Below are positions 59,663 through 64,000 of a DNA stretch of 64,000 bases, one piece after another. How positions within the stretch are numbered: the first letter of the stretch is position 1; each line of letters opens with the position of its first letter. Under the pieces are notes generated by a model, which saw only the letters and a program-made list of their open reading frames with translations, was not told where the DNA came from and searched no databases. The stretch is from Eledone cirrhosa (Eukaryota): NCBI GenBank assembly GCA_964016885.1, contig OZ024741.1:40176001-40240000 (forward strand), written 5' to 3'. The translations under genes and the position numbers were made by a program.

Positions 59663-59844
59663 TGTTTCTGCTATTGGCACAAGGCCAGCAATACTCAGTG
59701 CATTACTGGTACTTTATTTTATCGACCCCGTAAGGATGAAAGGCAAAGTTAAACTCGGCGGGATTTGAACTCAGAATGGCAAGGGCCGTAACTCTATGCG
59801 TCAAAGCATGGCGTCCGACCTCATACCGATACTGCCAATTCACC
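59663..59844 (-). mobile_element. Full-length SINE family A with ~18-bp TSD
   Basis: GACCCGTCCACAAATAAT at 59645-59662 and at 59845-59862. Confidence 0.92.
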
Positions 59845-60131
59845 GACCCGTCCACAAATAATACAACGATGTCTCATTTCGTTCTTGTTTCCACTCTGGT
59901 TTTGCTTAATGTGGTATGTTCAGATGTCGCTTCAATCCAGCACATGATTTGCAAATTTTCTGACAACCATGGCACTGGAACTGGTTTTCTGCGAAGTTTG
60001 AATGGTCAACTTGGACTTTACCATCATGTGCTCGTTAGTGTGACTTCAGGCCAGCATTCAAAAGGCACATCTTAGGGAACACAGGGCATTTGAAAACCAA
60101 CGTTGGATAAGATTCATTATTATTATTGGCA

Positions 60132-60326
60132 GGATTAAAAGCGGTGGATTAGCAGTATTGGTAGAGGGTCGGACGCCATGCTTCCCAGCATAGTTACGTC
60201 CCTTTACGGTCTGAGTTCAAATCCCGCCGAGTTTAACTTTGCCTTTCATCCTTACGGCGTCGATAAAATAAAGTACCAGTAATGTACTGGGTAATTTCTG
60301 GCCTTGTACCTAAAGTAGAAACAATT
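60132..60326 (+). mobile_element. SINE family A with 16-bp TSD, inserted at the head of an older copy (60337-60388)
   Basis: ATTATTATTATTGGCA at 60116-60131 and at 60327-60342. Confidence 0.88.
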
Positions 60327-60394
60327 ATTATTATTATTGGCACTATCGGTAGAGGGTCGGATACCATGCTTTGCAGCATAGAGTTATAATCTAT

Positions 60395-62710
60395 AGCACA
60401 AAGACACCCACCTGCCAAAAAACTACCGACCCATTGCATGCCAGAACCTGATGCATAAGATGAATACAGCCTGCCAGAACCTATTCCTCCAAGATCACTG
60501 TGAAAATAATAACATCATCACAGATGAACAAGCAGCTGGAAAGAAAGGGGTTTGGGGATGTTCTGAACAACTCCTAATCAACAAAACTGCGATGTCGGAG
60601 GTGCGACAACTTAGGTGGAATATGGCTACAGTCTGGCTGGACTACATGAAAGCTTTCGATTCTGTTCCCCACTCTTGGATGATAGAGGCCCTCCAACTTG
60701 CTAAAGTCCCAGACATTATTATCAGGGCCATAGAGAAGCTGGCATCTTCTTGGGCTACTATACTAAGGTTAAAGACAGAGAGGGGGGACTCTATTTTCAC
60801 TGATAAAATAAAATATCACAGGGGTAAATTTCAGGGAGACAGTCTCTCTGTGATATTATTCATCCTGTCATTAAAACACTTGTCTTTTCTGCTCAAGAAA
60901 TGTGAAGGATACATCATTGGCTCACAGGAGGACAGAAATACGAACCTAACCCATAATTTCTTTGTGGATAATCTGAAACTCTATGCCAAGAACATGGATG
61001 GGATGAAGAGAAATCTTGACCTGGTTATAACATTCTCAAAGGATATAGGAATGGAGTTTGGCCAAGATAAATGCTCATATATGACTGTAAAGCGGGGAAA
61101 AACAACAACCCAATCTAGCACCATTTGTATCAATGGCCTAACTGTTTCACCAATATCTGATGGGGACTGCTACAGATACCTGTGGATAGATGTGAACATA
61201 TCTTATAATGGTATCTGTAATAAGGAACGCGTAACCAGGGAATACTACACCCGATTAAGAAAGATATGGTCATCGGAACTCTCTTCGCAAAACAAAACAG
61301 TGGCTCCCAATGTGTTTGCTGTGCCTGTCTTCACACCAACCTTTGGAATATTCAATTGGACGATAGACGAAATCCGAGCGATTGATGTTAGAACTCGAAA
61401 AATACTAAACAACACCGGAAACTTCCACATGAACATAACATAGACCGCCTTTACTTGAAACGTAATCAGGGAGGCAGACAGCATTTGTATGTCGCATCAT
61501 ATCCTTCCGACATCTACGAACCTCAAAGCGTAAGAGCCCGTCTCTCGAGCAAGTCTATCTGCTTGAAACAGATAAGATCATGAGAGTTGGGAAGGAACTC
61601 CTCGCGTGGTATTCCCTGTGTGATAATCAAAAACTCACACCCAGGGAAGTCGCTCAGCAGTATCGCAGTGAATCCATGGATGAAAAACTGCATGCTTATC
61701 AGCAAAAAATCATGCATGGATATGTTGCCAGGAAGCTCCAGAGTGACAGTAATATAGATAAACAAAGTAGTCTATATTGGACCAACAACCGCTATATTGG
61801 CTCCCACTTTGAAGGATACGCTTTTGCAATCCAAGAACAGGAAATCAACACGAAATACCTGATTCACAAAAGAGATAGGGATGCAGGCAAAACACCTAGA
61901 TATGATAACAAGTGCAGACTCTGCAGAATTAACATCGAAGATGTCACCCATGTCATAAGCAGCTGTCCAAAGATGTCATCGCGGTACTATCTACCTATGA
62001 GGCATGATGTAGAAAAAATAGCCCCGATAATAAACACATTAAAAGCTACAGCAATGTGGAAAACATACATATACATAATATGAAAGAGTACTGGTGGAAT
62101 GTTCCAGTAAAAACCCCATTAAAATGCAGGCATAACAGACCAGATATTATGATATGGGACAGGGAAAAAATACATGCACAATAGTGGAAGTTAGCTATCC
62201 AGCAGATGCCAATATAATATCAAAGATTAGCGAAAAGGAGAATATTTATGCAGAACTGATGAGAAATCTGCAGATACTCCACTCTGACTATACCTTCAGA
62301 TTTATGCCTGTGATTATTGGGGCACTGGGATATGTTAGTAACTGCCTCAATACAAATCTTGAGAAGCTAGGCTTCACAGGAACAGAAAGAACACAACTAG
62401 TTAGGAAACTACAAGTACAATCCATTAATGGAACAGTAAAAATATGTAAAACATTCCAAAAATGTTGCATCTAATAACTGCATATACACATGTACACATA
62501 CTAAGCATATGCACATGAACACATACAACTCAAAACATCCACATCCACACATACAATAACATCTATCTCTACACATACATGCATGCAGACATGCAGACAT
62601 ATCTACCTAGTTGATGTTGTGTAAATTCCAATGAGAGAGTCTTGTGTCTATGTTAGAAACCGACTCTCTCTCTATTGGCAAAAATTTGTGAAATTATAAA
62701 ACCAGAAGAA
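60395..62710 (+). mobile_element. 5'-truncated R4/Dong-type non-LTR retrotransposon (RT + CCHC + restriction-like endonuclease), decayed
   Basis: NYRPIAC, EQAAGKKGVWGCSEQLLIN, WLDYMKAFDSVPHSW, FQGDSLS, FVDNLKLY; AIQEQ, CRLC..IEDVTHVISSC, RHD, HNRPDI.IWD, IVEVS.P. Several frameshifts. The 3'UTR hairpin and terminus GAAGAA abut (CATA)n. Confidence 0.88.
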
Positions 62711-63359
62711 CATACATACATACATACATACATACACACATACATACATACACATACATACATACACACATACATACATACATACATACACACATACATA
62801 CATACATACATACATACATACATACATACATACATACATACATACATACATACATGCACACACACACACACATACATACATACATACATACATACATACA
62901 TACATACATACATACATACATACATGGTGGCTGCCAACTCGTTTTCGAGTACGGCCACTACTTTATATCCATGTAGGAGAACCTCTACCAATGCGCTGAA
63001 CGAGTGTGACTTTTTAGTCCAGCCAGCGACTTGAAAACTCTGGTACAAACACTACACCTGTGACAATTATTGACACATAGTGCTGGGCCCATGGTACCAT
63101 GTGACGACAAATGCAGAGAGATCTCCAGATATAAAGCACTGCCTGTGCCGTGAAGCTTTTATAGTGAGCAAAGGCACTGCACAAAGCCAGTCCCACTCTC
63201 TTAACCAAGATGATATTTACCAAAAAGAAGAACAATTCAACATCATTGGATACCATCTGGGTTGCAGGTGTTATATCAGAGTTTTCCTTCTCCTAGAATT
63301 CTGCCTTGACAAAGGCTAAGGGGTCATCTCTCCCGGTGATTTTGGATGGCTATTGACTC

Positions 63360-63360
<1 letters not shown>
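62711..63360 (-). mobile_element. Bipartite RTE derivative (copy of 8752-9190) with long (TATG)n tail
   Basis: Reverse-complement match to the 8.6-9.2-kb element. Tail 62711-62923. Confidence 0.85.
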
Positions 63361-63390
<30 letters not shown>

Positions 63391-63409
63391 CATACATACA
63401 TACATACAT

Positions 63410-63456
<47 letters not shown>

Positions 63457-64000
63457 TACATACATACATACATACATACATACATACATACATACATACA
63501 TACATACATACATACATACATACATGATGATGGATGCAACTCGATTTTGAGTAATGCTATCGCTCGATACTTAAGAATGAGCATCACGGACGTAGCTTTT
63601 GAGTCCTGCTAAGGACTTGTCTATGGCCAGCAATATCATACAAAAAAAATGTCACATATCAAGCGATGCCTGTGCCTGAAGCTGTTTTAAGTGAGGAATG
63701 GCTTTGTACTGGGACAATCCCACTCTCTGAACATCAAATGCATTTACCCCCCAAAAAGAACTGGTCTATATCTTTGGATGCAAACGAAGTAGCAGATTTT
63801 ATATCAGAGTGACCTTCTCCTAGAGAGATGTCTTAATGAAGACTATGTGTCTCACGCTCCACTAAAAAAAAACTAAAACCAAAAACAAAAAAACAAAAAT
63901 ACTTTTTTGGATAGCCGTTGATGGATTTTGTTTTTCATCCCGCAGGGTGTTCAAAATCACCCTCCTCATACATACATACATGATGATGGCTGCCCCCTCG
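63361..64000 (-). mobile_element. Further diverged RTE-derived elements in tandem, separated by (CATA)n
   Basis: Minus strand has CTAGGAGAAGGTCACTCTGATATAA (~63798-63822), a CTC..GAG hairpin + CATCATCATGTATG end at ~63525, and another such end at 63975-64000. Confidence 0.65.

Overview
Repeat-saturated, AT-rich eukaryotic DNA. The microsatellite landscape and SINE families suggest an octopod cephalopod intron or intergenic region (inference). I can support no intact host protein-coding exon, and almost all listed ORFs are read-throughs of simple repeats. Decayed retroelements: a 5'-truncated Penelope-like element (RT + C-terminal GIY-YIG, probably Hydra clade, ~39.8-43.5 kb, minus), a CRE-type fragment (~49.6-50.4 kb), a near-full-length RTE LINE with three C-terminal C2H2 fingers (~55.6-59.4 kb), and an R4/Dong-type LINE (~60.4-62.7 kb). 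Also present: a hAT remnant, a Helitron-like element, many tRNA-derived SINEs, a 13.8-kb hexamer satellite with higher-order repeats, and 33-, 34- and 53-bp minisatellites. The most notable hidden signal is a dense set of type I hammerhead-ribozyme motifs: about six near-canonical and about a dozen degenerate or half copies. They belong to several unrelated short non-coding families inserted in (AT)n tracts, often as head-to-head foldbacks or partial tandem repeats (Penelope pseudo-LTR or retrozyme-like). A second pattern is a (CATA)n/(TATG)n-centred cluster of RTE-derived and R4-like elements. All motifs and pairings were read by eye, with no folding or database search.
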